IMG/VR virus record: IMGVR_UViG_3300033076_001517
Span: 1 to 24,193 of that record
DNA from: a virus
Lineage: Duplodnaviria; Caudoviricetes
DNA length: 24,193 nucleotides
Direction: 5' to 3' (one strand)
Numbering within the stretch: position 1 is the first letter of the stretch; each line of letters begins with the position of its first letter. Positions 14,953 to 23,689 of the stretch are shown piece after piece. Both the position numbers and the translations under genes were made by a program. The notes under the pieces were generated by a model. It saw only the letters and a program-made list of their open reading frames with translations. It had not been told where the DNA came from and searched no databases.

Positions 14953-17900
14953 TCAAGAATCCCACCGCTGCGACTCGACGCGGAGCCACGCCCACCCGCC
15001 GTCGTCGGGCTCGTCGGCGACGGTGCGCCGCGTCGGCGACGGGAGCGGCGCGTCGTCGTCGGCGGGCGGTAGTGTGTCTCCGGGTGGAGATACCGTGGGA
15101 CCGAAACCCCTATCAGAAGAAGAGTATCTGAAAGGGGTTTCGGTCCCATTGGTATCCTCGCTCGGACATATCGTGGGACCGAAACCCCTATCAGAGACAC
15201 CCACATGTGCGCTCGTGTCTGTCTCTGTCGCAGGGCAGAGCACACGCACGGCGGCTGCGACGTCCGGCGGCACCTCCCGCTCGCCCGACTCATAGCGCGT
15301 CACCGTCTTGCGGGAGACGCCTAGCAGCCCCGCCAGAGCCTCCGCTGTCAGCCCGAGGGCGGTTCTAGCGGCGAGCACCTCGGCGGCCCCTACGGCGCCT
15401 TCAGCGCGCGCCGGTCGCCCGACGGGGAGCACGCGGACGTCGACGGCGCGCCCCTGCCACCCGGACGGCGCGACGGTGCCGACGTGCAGCTGTCGCCCTG
15501 GTCGCGCGCGGTGGACGGTGCGGAGTCGGCCGTGCGCCTGGCCGAGCTCGGCGCCCGCGAGCGCGTCGAGGCGGCCCTCGACGTCGAGCCCGAGGTAGGT
15601 GGCCTTCACCCGCTCCACACCCAAGTTGGGGCGCGGGTCCATCAGCGTCAGGGTGGCGTCGCAGTCGGCCATGTGGTCGAGCCCTTCGAGTGCCTGATAA
15701 TGTCCGAGCACGTAGCGCCCCTGCCACGTCGCGAGGATCGGCGCGAGGTGAGCGCGCGCCCGTTCGAGCGACGCGGCGGTGCCACGGCACGCCTTCCATA
15801 CCTTGCGCGGCGCGGGGTCGTCGGGCGCGAGGGTGTGCGCGATTGCGGCTTCGATCACCTGCGGCGCGATGAGCCCGACGGAGCGCGTGGCGCCGCCCTC
15901 CGAGAGCCACGCGATAGCCCACCGCAGCGCGGGGAGGATTGCGGTCCAGTCGGGCAGTCCTCGCGGGAGCCACGTCGAGCGGCTCGCGCGTGCGGCGAGA
16001 ATGGTGCGCGCGATTGGTGCGCCGTCGGGGACGCGGAGCGCGGTGACGGGCGGTGCCCACCCGAGGATCTTTGTCAACGCCGGAACGTGCAGCGCGACAT
16101 CTGCGTCCAGAATCACTACGGGGCCAGCGTGTGCGAGGGCGGCGGTGAGTTGGCCGTTGACGCCGACGACGATTGCGGCGCGGTCGTCGTCCTCGCCGTC
16201 GAGGGCGGCGGCATAGGGCGCGGTGCGGAGCAGCCCCTCGGCGGGCGCGACGGCGGTGAGGCCGCGCCACAGGAGGTCGAGCACGCGCGACGCGGCGCCG
16301 AGCTCAGCGGCTCGCGCCGCGTTGACGCGGGCGACGGCGAGCGCGCTCCACCGGATCGGCGGCGCCTTCGAGCGAGCGTCTGGCCGGATCGCGCCCGCGG
16401 CGGCGTCGAGCACGGCGGCGGCGGTGCCCTCGATCCCGGCGGCTTCGAGGAGGTCGGGCGACACCTCGTGAGCGAAGGCCTCGACGGCGTGGTGCAGGTA
16501 GGTGAGCCCTTCGGTGGCGACGGGCATGGTGAGCCACCGCCGCCACGCGTCGAGCGCGGGCGCGATTGCGACGGCGTAGGCCGTCACGAACTGATCGAGG
16601 TAGCGCACCGCTCCGTCTACCTGATCGAGCGTGACGCGCTCGGTGAACAGCGGGTCGCCGGGCTCGTCCACCACCAGCGTGCCGGAGGTGCCCGCGTAGC
16701 CTGAGAGCGCGGACGCGAGGCCGTGCACACCGACGACGAGGTTGGCGTCCGGCGCGCCCTCCTGCCCGGCGTAGGCAGGGCAACGCGCGCGCTCGGGGCA
16801 CGGGTCGCGTCCGCGTCCGTCGCAGAGTTCTTTGCTCACCGACTGCCCGCCCGCGGCGAGCGGCCCCGCGGAGTCGGAGTAGATACACGTCAACGTGCCG
16901 TCGGGCTGTGTGTGCGAGGTGGGGGAGTAGATTCGCAGCGAGCGGCCCGGCAGCTTCGCCGCGATCTGCTTGCCCAGCTTGTGCGTCGGGACGCTGATCG
17001 CCATGCGCGAGCCCGGCGCGGCGCGGCCCTCGATCGGCGGGAGCGTGGCCGCGTGCGCGAGCACGGCTTGCGTTTTGCCGGTGCCGGGCGGCGCGGCGAT
17101 ACAGGTAACGCCGTACGCCTCGCGGATCGCGTGCGTGATCACCACGCCCGCGGTCGCGGCGGGCACCTCGACGCCTGGAGCGGCGTCGATCTGCGCGCGC
17201 ACGGCGACGGCCTCGGCGGTGGCGGCGACGCCTGCGAGGTGCAGCGCGAGGCGCTCGGCGACGCCCACGAGGGGGACGCCCTCGCCCGCTGCGGCGGTGA
17301 GCTGGTCGATCACCCGCGCCTCGGCGGCGGTGCGACGGGTGGCGTAATCGAGCGCGTCGGCGACGCCGGGATAGTCGGCGCGCAGCGTCGCGTATCCCGA
17401 GACGGTCTGCCCGGTGGCGTACCGCGTGACGGTCGTCGTCGCGAGCGCGGTGCGGTCGTCGAGCAGGTAGGCCCACGCCGGGTCGACGAGGTGGGCGCGG
17501 CCGACGACGGCGGGGACGTACTCCAGCGGGCAGCCGCGCGAGCACAGCGCCCCGGCGAGCGCGAGGTAGCAGCGGCGCCAGTCGCGAATCACGGTGTCAC
17601 GAATCGCGGCGCCGACGGCGTCGGCCACCGGGTGCCACTCGGGCGGCGAGTCGGCTGCGACGGCCGGGAGCGCACCGACGGCGTCAGCGCGGACGATCAC
17701 GCGAGGGAGCACGCCGCCGCGGGCGACGCGTGCCGGGAGCGAGCGCGGCGGCGGTGCCTCGATCGCGCGGAGCCGCGAGAGGTCCACGAGATCAGGGTCG
17801 CGGCGCTCGCCCTTGTACGTGCACCGGGCGACGCGCATCAGGTGTCCCCAGTCCTTGCACTCCAGGGCCGACGCCCACGCGCCCTCGGCGACGAGTTGGT

Positions 17901-18447
17901 GCAGCCACGCGAGGAGGCGCGGCTCGGCCTCGTCGACGGGGAGCCACGTCGTGAGCGGCTGGAGCAAGCGGTAGCCCTTCGGTGAGAGGTAGAGCCCGCA
18001 CGTCGCGAGCGACGGCGCGGAGGCCCACAGCGCGTCGAAAGCGGCGCGCGTCTCGGGCGTCCAGGGCAGGTGCCCGGGCGTGTCGATGTCGGCGATAAAG
18101 CCCGTCTGAAGCGCGTCGAGGCCCTGCGATCGCAGCCACGGGAGCGACTCCTTCGAGACGCGCGGTGTAGCAGGAACCGGCACACCCTGACGGCACACGA
18201 CGTAGCCCGAGACGAGCGCTCCGGTGCGCCACGTGCGGCCACCCGCGGCCTCGGCGAGCGTCGTGTGTGTCTCGGCGCGGACGTCGTGCCGGTTGCCCTC
18301 GGAGCCGCGCGGCTCGCGCCAGTCGGAGGTATGCACCGTGCAGCCCTTGCGGGCGCAGCCCGCGGACGGGACGCCGGGCGAGTGGAGCGTCATGACGCGC
18401 TGGTCGCTGATCCACATGAGGGGCGTGTCGAGGTCAGCGGGCCGCAT
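14953..18447 (-). CDS. Replication protein: primase-polymerase-like domain + P-loop helicase-like domain + C-terminal XRE HTH, 1164 aa
   Basis: FIADID and SPKGYRL (AEP-like motifs). APPGTGKT, VPTHKL, 4-Cys cluster and VVDEP (helicase). LGLTAEALAGLLGVSRKTVTRYESGER (HTH). Confidence 0.8.
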   Translation of the reverse strand: MRPADLDTPLMWISDQRVMTLHSPGVPSAGCARKGCTVHTSDWREPRGSEGNRHDVRAETHTTLAEAAGGRTWRTGALVSGYVVCRQGVPVPATPRVSKESLPWLRSQGLDALQTGFIADIDTPGHLPWTPETRAAFDALWASAPSLATCGLYLSPKGYRLLQPLTTWLPVDEAEPRLLAWLHQLVAEGAWASALECKDWGHLMRVARCTYKGERRDPDLVDLSRLRAIEAPPPRSLPARVARGGVLPRVIVRADAVGALPAVAADSPPEWHPVADAVGAAIRDTVIRDWRRCYLALAGALCSRGCPLEYVPAVVGRAHLVDPAWAYLLDDRTALATTTVTRYATGQTVSGYATLRADYPGVADALDYATRRTAAEARVIDQLTAAAGEGVPLVGVAERLALHLAGVAATAEAVAVRAQIDAAPGVEVPAATAGVVITHAIREAYGVTCIAAPPGTGKTQAVLAHAATLPPIEGRAAPGSRMAISVPTHKLGKQIAAKLPGRSLRIYSPTSHTQPDGTLTCIYSDSAGPLAAGGQSVSKELCDGRGRDPCPERARCPAYAGQEGAPDANLVVGVHGLASALSGYAGTSGTLVVDEPGDPLFTERVTLDQVDGAVRYLDQFVTAYAVAIAPALDAWRRWLTMPVATEGLTYLHHAVEAFAHEVSPDLLEAAGIEGTAAAVLDAAAGAIRPDARSKAPPIRWSALAVARVNAARAAELGAASRVLDLLWRGLTAVAPAEGLLRTAPYAAALDGEDDDRAAIVVGVNGQLTAALAHAGPVVILDADVALHVPALTKILGWAPPVTALRVPDGAPIARTILAARASRSTWLPRGLPDWTAILPALRWAIAWLSEGGATRSVGLIAPQVIEAAIAHTLAPDDPAPRKVWKACRGTAASLERARAHLAPILATWQGRYVLGHYQALEGLDHMADCDATLTLMDPRPNLGVERVKATYLGLDVEGRLDALAGAELGQAHGRLRTVHRARPGRQLHVGTVAPSGWQGRAVDVRVLPVGRPARAEGAVGAAEVLAARTALGLTAEALAGLLGVSRKTVTRYESGEREVPPDVAAAVRVLCPATETDTSAHVGVSDRGFGPTICPSEDTNGTETPFRYSSSDRGFGPTVSPPGDTLPPADDDAPLPSPTRRTVADEPDDGGWAWLRVESQRWDS
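15094..15195. repeat. Three-copy iteron-like cluster (direct-inverted-direct), candidate replication origin
   Basis: CGTGGGACCGAAACCCCTATCAGA perfect at 15094-15117 and 15172-15195. Inverted 21/22 copy at 15127-15148. Confidence 0.85.
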
Positions 18448-18817
18448 GGAATTCTCGCTTGTGCTGTACCGCGCGGCGCACCGTTTCGGCGGCGTCGGTG
18501 GCGTTCTCTTCGAGCGTGCGCGAGGCGTCGAGGCGCAGCGTCAGGGCGACGCAGCCGAGCGCGGTCATGCGCTCGCGCCAGCGCACCTGCTCGGGTGTCT
18601 CGCGGGTGCGCGCGCCCTTCACTTCGAGCTCTACGCGCCAGCCCTCGGGCGCGACGACTCCGGTGAGGTCCGCGGCGCCGACGGGCGCGCACTCCACCCA
18701 GGTCCCGCGGTCGGTGCGGAGCTTCCCGGCGGGCTGACGCCAGAGCGTGACGCCCAGGCGGGCGGCGGTGATTGCAACGCGCAAGGCGTTCGAGAAGTCC
18801 TGCTCTGATAGACTCAT
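18434..18817 (-). CDS. VRR-NUC-like PD-(D/E)xK nuclease, 127 aa
   Basis: SEQDF...GAADL...LEVK...TPEQ..W motif set. ATG coupled to the helicase stop (ATGA). Confidence 0.85.
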   Translation of the reverse strand: MSLSEQDFSNALRVAITAARLGVTLWRQPAGKLRTDRGTWVECAPVGAADLTGVVAPEGWRVELEVKGARTRETPEQVRWRERMTALGCVALTLRLDASRTLEENATDAAETVRRAVQHKREFHAAR

Positions 18818-20250
18818 GGGGTCACCGAGGGGCGGGGATAATAGCGCCGTTCCAGGTCGCTGAACGCGGGCCACGCGCCGAACTTTTCCTTGTAGCGGTG
18901 ACGCGCCGCGCCCACCTTCCAGCCGCGCGAGGCGGCCGTCGCCACGGTGCCTTCGTACCACGCGCGGCGCACCGCGACGGGGAGCGTGGACGGCGGCACT
19001 ACCTGCACGAGCGCGCCGTCTACCGTCTCAATCTCCTCGCGCGGCGGCGCCTCGAACACGTGCCCGCACTCCGGGCACACCAGCGTGCCGGTGGGGAGCG
19101 CCGCGTAGCACGAGGGGCAGGTCTTCACCGGCGCCGCGCCCGCGCGCTTCTTCTTCGATTCGAGGCTCCACTCCTGATCGTCCTGTGGGAAGCCGTGCGC
19201 GAGCACACAGCCCGCGTGGTCGAGGAGCAGCGCGGGCGTATCGCCGTCGGGCCGCAAGCCGCGCCCGGCCATCTGGAGATAGAGGCCCTTGGACTTCGTG
19301 GGCCGCGCGAGGATCACGCACTTGCAGCGCGGAAGATCCCAGCCCTCCGTGAGAACGCCGAAGTTGGCGACGACGGTCGTCTCGCCCGTCGCGAGTCGCG
19401 CAAGGATCGCAGCGCGCTCGTCGTCGTCGGTGGTCCCGTCGAGGTGCTCGGCGCGCACGCCCGCCTCGCAGAACTGCGTGGCGATTGCGCGGCTGTGCGC
19501 GACGCTCGCGGCGAAGACGACGGTGGTGCGCCCGGCCGCGTGCTCTTGCCAGTGCGCGACGATATCGCCGACGAGCTCGCGCCGGTTCAGCGCCTCGTCG
19601 AGGTCGTGGAGGTTGTAGTCGCCCGCGGTCGACTTGATCGTCGAGAGGTCCACCGGGTGACGGGTGCTGTACACCGTCGGCACGATTAGGAATCCCTCGG
19701 CTGCGAGGTCGCCGAACTGCGCGACTTGCACCAACGCACCGAACGCGTCGCCGAGGCCGCGCCCGTCGCCGCGGCAGGGCGTCGCGGTGAGTCCGACGAC
19801 GACAGCACCGGGGTACGATTCGAGAATCCGCTCGTACGTGCGAGCCGTCGCGTGGTGAGCCTCGTCGACAAAAACTAGGTCCGCGGGCGGGTGCTTGCGG
19901 CCCACCAATGTCTGCACGCTGGCCACCTGCACCGGCGCGTGTGGCCGGGCGCGAGGGTCGCCCGCGAGGATCGTCCCGAGGTGCTCGCGCGAGAGGCCGC
20001 TCGCGAGGAGCTTCCCATAGCACTGGTCGATCAGCTCGCGGCGGTGCGCGAGGAAGAGGGCGCGCTTCTGCTTGCGGACGGCGCCCGCGATAATCGACGC
20101 GGCGACGACCGTTTTCCCCCCACCTGTCGGGAGCACCATCAGCACGCGACGGACACCGCGGGCGATCTCGGCGCGGACGGCTGCGATACCGCGGTCCTGG
20201 TACGGTCGGAGTTGCAGAACGGGGGGTGTCGGTGGTAGGGAATCGGTCAT
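18814..20250 (-). CDS. SF2 DEAH helicase with C-terminal zinc ribbon, 478 aa
   Basis: LRPYQ, PTGGGKT, DEAHH, LTATP, LTEGWD, QMAGRGLR, CPSC...CPECG. AGGAGG upstream of ATG 20250. Confidence 0.95.
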   Translation of the reverse strand: MTDSLPPTPPVLQLRPYQDRGIAAVRAEIARGVRRVLMVLPTGGGKTVVAASIIAGAVRKQKRALFLAHRRELIDQCYGKLLASGLSREHLGTILAGDPRARPHAPVQVASVQTLVGRKHPPADLVFVDEAHHATARTYERILESYPGAVVVGLTATPCRGDGRGLGDAFGALVQVAQFGDLAAEGFLIVPTVYSTRHPVDLSTIKSTAGDYNLHDLDEALNRRELVGDIVAHWQEHAAGRTTVVFAASVAHSRAIATQFCEAGVRAEHLDGTTDDDERAAILARLATGETTVVANFGVLTEGWDLPRCKCVILARPTKSKGLYLQMAGRGLRPDGDTPALLLDHAGCVLAHGFPQDDQEWSLESKKKRAGAAPVKTCPSCYAALPTGTLVCPECGHVFEAPPREEIETVDGALVQVVPPSTLPVAVRRAWYEGTVATAASRGWKVGAARHRYKEKFGAWPAFSDLERRYYPRPSVTP

Positions 20251-20319
20251 CGGCTGCGCCCTCCTTTGGCGCAATAGTCGGTCACTCGTTCGAGCGGTTG
20301 GCGCCGCTGCGGACGGCTA

Positions 20320-20399
20320 TTGCTACCGCGGGACGCGTCGGATTGCAAGCGCGCAGCGATACGCGAGAAGTTGCACGGCGTCGCGCAGTGTGGTATTCG
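20320..20399. promoter_or_regulatory. Possible divergent promoters
   Basis: Plus strand: TTGCAC(20371)-17 nt-TATTCG with TGn extension. Minus strand: TTGCAA(20348)-17 nt-TAGCAA. Both -10 boxes are imperfect. Confidence 0.35.
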
Positions 20400-20405
20400 C
20401 GGCGT

Positions 20406-20585
20406 ATGACTGCATCACTGGACGACAAGTTGATCGCTCGCATCAAAACCGCTCTCCTGACGTGCACGCGGACGGAGCTAGCAGCGCGCTGCGGCGTCTC
20501 GCACGCGACGCTCGGGAGGGCGCTGAACGGCCTGCCCGTCGGTGCGCCCACGCGCAAACTGATTGCGCTGGAGGTGGGCAAGTGA
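20406..20585 (+). CDS. Cro/XRE-like HTH regulator, 59 aa
   Basis: TRTELAARCGVSHATLGRALNG helix-turn-helix. Divergent from the replication operon. Confidence 0.75.
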   Translation: MTASLDDKLIARIKTALLTCTRTELAARCGVSHATLGRALNGLPVGAPTRKLIALEVGK

Positions 20586-20735
20586 CGTATCCTGTCCACC
20601 CGGCCGCGACGCTGTTTCCGATGATGGACGCGGAGGCGTTGCAGGCGCTCGCCGACGACATCCGCGAGCACGGGCAGCGCGAGCCGGTGATTCTCTATCA
20701 CGGCGCGGTGCTCGACGGACGCAATCGCCTGCGAT
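20582..20735 (+). pseudogene. ParB/Srx-like N-terminal domain gene, truncated after ~51 codons
   Basis: GTG coupled to the Cro-like stop. HPAATLFPMM...LADDIREHGQREPV...LDGRNRLR, after which the frame degenerates into Arg/Pro-rich non-protein-like sequence. Confidence 0.7.
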
Positions 20736-20910
20736 TCCGGCCGCCTACGCCCGTCGCCACGACCTCACGCAGGCCGTCGCGCGCACGGCGCTCGCCGAAG
20801 CCGGTGGCAACATCTCGCGGGCATCGCGCTCGCTGGGCGTGGCTCGCTCCACGCTCCGCACGCATCTCGCTCGCGCCACCGCGGACGAACTGTCCGCGGC
20901 AGCATCCTGA
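20730..20910 (+). pseudogene. 3' fragment of a Fis-type HTH gene
   Basis: ALAEAGGNISRASRSLGVARSTL in the -1 frame relative to the ParB-like fragment. No convincing start or RBS. Confidence 0.6.
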
Positions 20911-20916
20911 TCTGCC

Positions 20917-20994
20917 CCTTCCTCTTGGAGAGCCCGGTCGGAGTTTCTCTCCGCCGACTCGAAGACCCGCTCGCCCGGGCTCTCCGCCTTCCTC
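20917..20994. repeat. Nested inverted repeat flanked by 8-bp direct repeats
   Basis: GGAGAGCCCGG 20927-20937 pairs with CCGGGCTCTCC 20975-20985. Inner CGGAG/CTCCG stem. CCTTCCTC at 20917 and 20987. Confidence 0.55.
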
Positions 20995-21063
20995 CTCGAC
21001 GGGAGTCCACGCGCTGCGCGGTGCAGCGCGCCCGGCATGTCACGTCGAGGAGCCGAGGCATTC

Positions 21064-22146
21064 ATGAACATCGAAGCTCGTTCTTCCAACGGCGCCTCGA
21101 CGGCGCTCGCGGTCATTCCCGCGCCCGCGTCGCCGCCTCCGCCGCCTCCACCGCCGACGCTTCGCGGCCGCTCCTTCGCGTCGGTCTACGACGACGTTCA
21201 ATCGCGTGCCGGGGAGATGCTTCCCGACCAGGTCGTGCACGTCGCCGACCTGCGCATGACCCCGTCGGGCGACCTCGCCCTTCCGGGCAACCTCCGCTAC
21301 CGCCTCAACCCGTTCGCCCGTCGCGGCCTCGCAACGATGCTCGGGCTCAACTGGAGCCGATGGTTCGCCCAGGCGAGCGGCGAGGAGCGAGCGGAGGAGA
21401 TCAACCGTCGCTTCCAGCGCACGCCCGGCGAGAAGAAGATCCGCGCCTGGGTCGATCGCGATGGGACTGCCGACGGCATCGCGCGCGCGTTCCTCGGGCC
21501 GGCCTTCACGCCGATCGACGACGCCCGCCTGTTCGAGCGCATGCACACGATGATGCGCGGACTCCTCGACGAGTACGTCTTCACGGCGGTGCAGTTCACC
21601 GACGCGACGACGCACTACACCGCCGCGCACGTGGACGGCTTCGACATCGACGGCCACGGCGACCTGCTCCACCCCGGGTTCCACCTTCGGAACAGCGAGG
21701 TCGGAGCCGCCGCCCTCTCGCTCGACGACCACTGGCTGCGCCTCGTCTGCACCAACGGCCTCATGCTCCGCGTCGGCGGGAAGCGTTCGCTCTACCGCAC
21801 GCATCGCGCGATCGACGACGACCAGCTCGCCGCCGCGCTCGTGATCGCCGTCGGGAGGCTCCCCGAGCGCTGGCAGATCTCCTTCGCTTGGATGCAGTCC
21901 GCGAGGACGATCCGGGTCCCGCACCCCGACGATGCCGTCGCCGCGATCCTGGGCGACTCCGCCGAGGTGCCGAAGGCCCTGCTCGAAGAGGCTCAGCGCG
22001 TCGTCCTTCGGGACGGCGCCACCAGCCGCTTCGACGTCGCGCAGGCGATCACCCTCGTCGCGCACGCGACGAACCGCGACCCGGAGGTGCGCTTCGCCAT
22101 GGAGCGCCTCGCCGGCGAGTACCTCGCCGCCACCATCTCCGCCTGA
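21064..22146 (+). CDS. DUF932-like mobile-element protein, 360 aa
   Basis: RAFLG..F.PID, GFHLRNSEVG and RLVCTNG motifs. GAGG before the ATG. Confidence 0.8.
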   Translation: MNIEARSSNGASTALAVIPAPASPPPPPPPPTLRGRSFASVYDDVQSRAGEMLPDQVVHVADLRMTPSGDLALPGNLRYRLNPFARRGLATMLGLNWSRWFAQASGEERAEEINRRFQRTPGEKKIRAWVDRDGTADGIARAFLGPAFTPIDDARLFERMHTMMRGLLDEYVFTAVQFTDATTHYTAAHVDGFDIDGHGDLLHPGFHLRNSEVGAAALSLDDHWLRLVCTNGLMLRVGGKRSLYRTHRAIDDDQLAAALVIAVGRLPERWQISFAWMQSARTIRVPHPDDAVAAILGDSAEVPKALLEEAQRVVLRDGATSRFDVAQAITLVAHATNRDPEVRFAMERLAGEYLAATISA

Positions 22147-22176
22147 GCGCTCCCTTCTCGGGACCACTCCCCTCTC

Positions 22177-22210
22177 GGCCCGACCATGTCACTTCCTGGT
22201 CGGGCTTTTT
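22177..22210 (+). terminator. Rho-independent terminator
   Basis: GCCCGACCA-10 nt loop-TGGTCGGGC followed by TTTTT, 30 nt after the stop codon. Confidence 0.8.
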
Positions 22211-22702
22211 GCGTCGCGCGCGCGCGGAAGACCGAAGAAGAAATGTGTGAGCGATCGATGGGTCCCGGGGCGTTGGTCACGGTCGGATCGTCTGGATGCC
22301 GTTGCGGCCAGCCGTCGACGCGTCGTCGGTCTCGTTTTTCGGCTCGTCAGAAATGCGTGGGAAGTGGGAATGTGAGTTCCGGATGGGTGTACGGATTCGC
22401 CTTGTGCGCCGCGGAAATCGAGTGATCGCCCTGCCTCGACGGCGAAGGCAGGGCGCGACGGCAGGGAGTGATGCGAGCCGGGGGTTGGTGTGACGGCAGC
22501 CTGCGAGGGCACCGTCGCCGTCGGGAGCGCCCGCAGCGACGGCAGGGGGTGGCGCCAGGGGGTGGCGGCACGCGCGATCCGAGCCGCCGCCGCGCCCCGG
22601 GAGTGTCGGCGTGAGGCTGGTCCGTGGGTAGGGCAGAATCCGAGGCCGGGAGCCGCTTGCGATGGCCCAGGAGCGGCCGGGCGGGGTACAAATAGGATCG
22701 TC

Positions 22703-23689
22703 ATGGCGACCGCGGACCAGGTGAAGGCGCTCATCCGGAGCCATGCAGATGGCGACGACACGCGCTTCTACGCGATCGCCATGCAGGTAGCGGCGCAGGC
22801 GGCCCGCGGCGGCCACGGCAAGTTCGCCCAGGAGCTTCGCGAGCTCGTCGACCAGGTGAAGGCGCGCGCCCACGCGGTCGAGCCCGTACGCGGGCCGAAG
22901 CCGGTCCCGCTGGCCCAGCCGAGAGGCGAACTGGCCGGGCTGCTGACGGTCGGCTACCCGAAGACCCGGGTCGTCGACATGGCGCTGACCGACGCGCTCC
23001 GCGCCCGCCTCGATCGCGTCCTGACCGAACAGCGACAGCGCGATCGGATTCGTGAGCACGGCTTCGCGCCGATGCGGAAGCTCCTCCTGGTGGGGCCGCC
23101 CGGGACCGGCAAGACGATGACCGCGGCGGCGCTCGCGGGCGAGCTCGGGCTGCCGCTCTTCAGCATCCAGCTCGACGGGCTCATCACGAAGTACATGGGC
23201 GAGACGGCGGCGAAGCTGAGGCTCGTGTTCGACGCCATCCAGTCCACGCGCGGCGTGTATCTCTTCGACGAGTTCGACGCGCTGGGCGGCGAGCGCGGCA
23301 CCAAGAACGATGTCGGCGAGATTCGCCGCGTGCTCAACTCGTTCCTCCAGTTCCTGGAGCAGGACGAATCGGACAGTCTCGTGCTCGGCGCGACCAACCA
23401 CGTCGGACTCCTCGACCGCGCGCTCTTCCGTCGGTTCGACGCGGTGCTCGAGTACGCGCTGCCCACGTCGGACATCGCCGCGCGCGTGATGCGGTCGCGC
23501 CTCGGGTTGCTCGACACGTCGGCCATCGATTGGAACGCAGCCGCCAGGGCCGCCGAGGGACTCAGCCACGCGGAGATCGTGATGGCCTGCGATCACGCGG
23601 CGAAGAACGCGATCCTCGACCACTCGACCGCCGTTCGCGACGCGGAGTTGACCGCCGCGCTCGAAGAGCGACGCAGCACGCACGCGTAG
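22703..23689 (+). CDS. AAA+ ATPase, IetA-like (family usually paired with an S8 protease), 328 aa
   Basis: AGGA before the ATG. N-terminus MATADQVKALIRSH..GDD.RF...AMQVAA. GPPGTGKT, KYMGET, FDEFDA, DVGEIRRVLNSFLQ, ATNH..LLD.ALFRRFD. Confidence 0.9.
   Translation: MATADQVKALIRSHADGDDTRFYAIAMQVAAQAARGGHGKFAQELRELVDQVKARAHAVEPVRGPKPVPLAQPRGELAGLLTVGYPKTRVVDMALTDALRARLDRVLTEQRQRDRIREHGFAPMRKLLLVGPPGTGKTMTAAALAGELGLPLFSIQLDGLITKYMGETAAKLRLVFDAIQSTRGVYLFDEFDALGGERGTKNDVGEIRRVLNSFLQFLEQDESDSLVLGATNHVGLLDRALFRRFDAVLEYALPTSDIAARVMRSRLGLLDTSAIDWNAAARAAEGLSHAEIVMACDHAAKNAILDHSTAVRDAELTAALEERRSTHA

Larger units (their letters stand above)
1..20735 (-). mobile_element. Tailed phage / prophage segment (siphovirus-like morphogenesis plus replication modules), extends beyond left edge
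   Basis: Canonical order terminase-portal-scaffold-capsid-neck-tail tube-chaperones-tape measure, many ATGA/GTGA/TGATG gene overlaps, adjacent helicase/VRR-NUC/primase module. No sheath gene seen. No integrase or att in the window, so integration status is unproven. Confidence 0.93.

Noticed and set aside
14660-14995. 111-aa ORF whose stop overlaps the terS ATG
   Set aside because: Arg/Gly-rich. The overlapping 78-aa frame (14692-14928) is more protein-like.
15094-15195. Mini CRISPR array
   Set aside because: Only two direct copies, the 'spacer' contains an inverted copy, it lies inside a CDS, and no cas genes are present.
38-20070. Numerous long plus-strand and alternate-frame ORFs (e.g. 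9429-10661, 15484-16704, 16723-17985, 16304-17545)
   Set aside because: Arg/Ala/Pro-rich shadow frames of GC-rich minus-strand genes, with no motifs or RBS.
20072-21067. 331-aa plus-strand ORF as a single gene
   Set aside because: Only 20582-20735 is protein-like. The rest overlaps the helicase start, the Cro-like gene and intergenic DNA.
21120-21160. CCGCCT/CCGCCG run as a tandem repeat locus
   Set aside because: Simply encodes a polyproline linker at the N-terminus of the DUF932-like protein.
22490-22702. 71-aa N-terminal extension of the AAA ATPase
   Set aside because: The family-like sequence and an RBS begin at ATG 22703.
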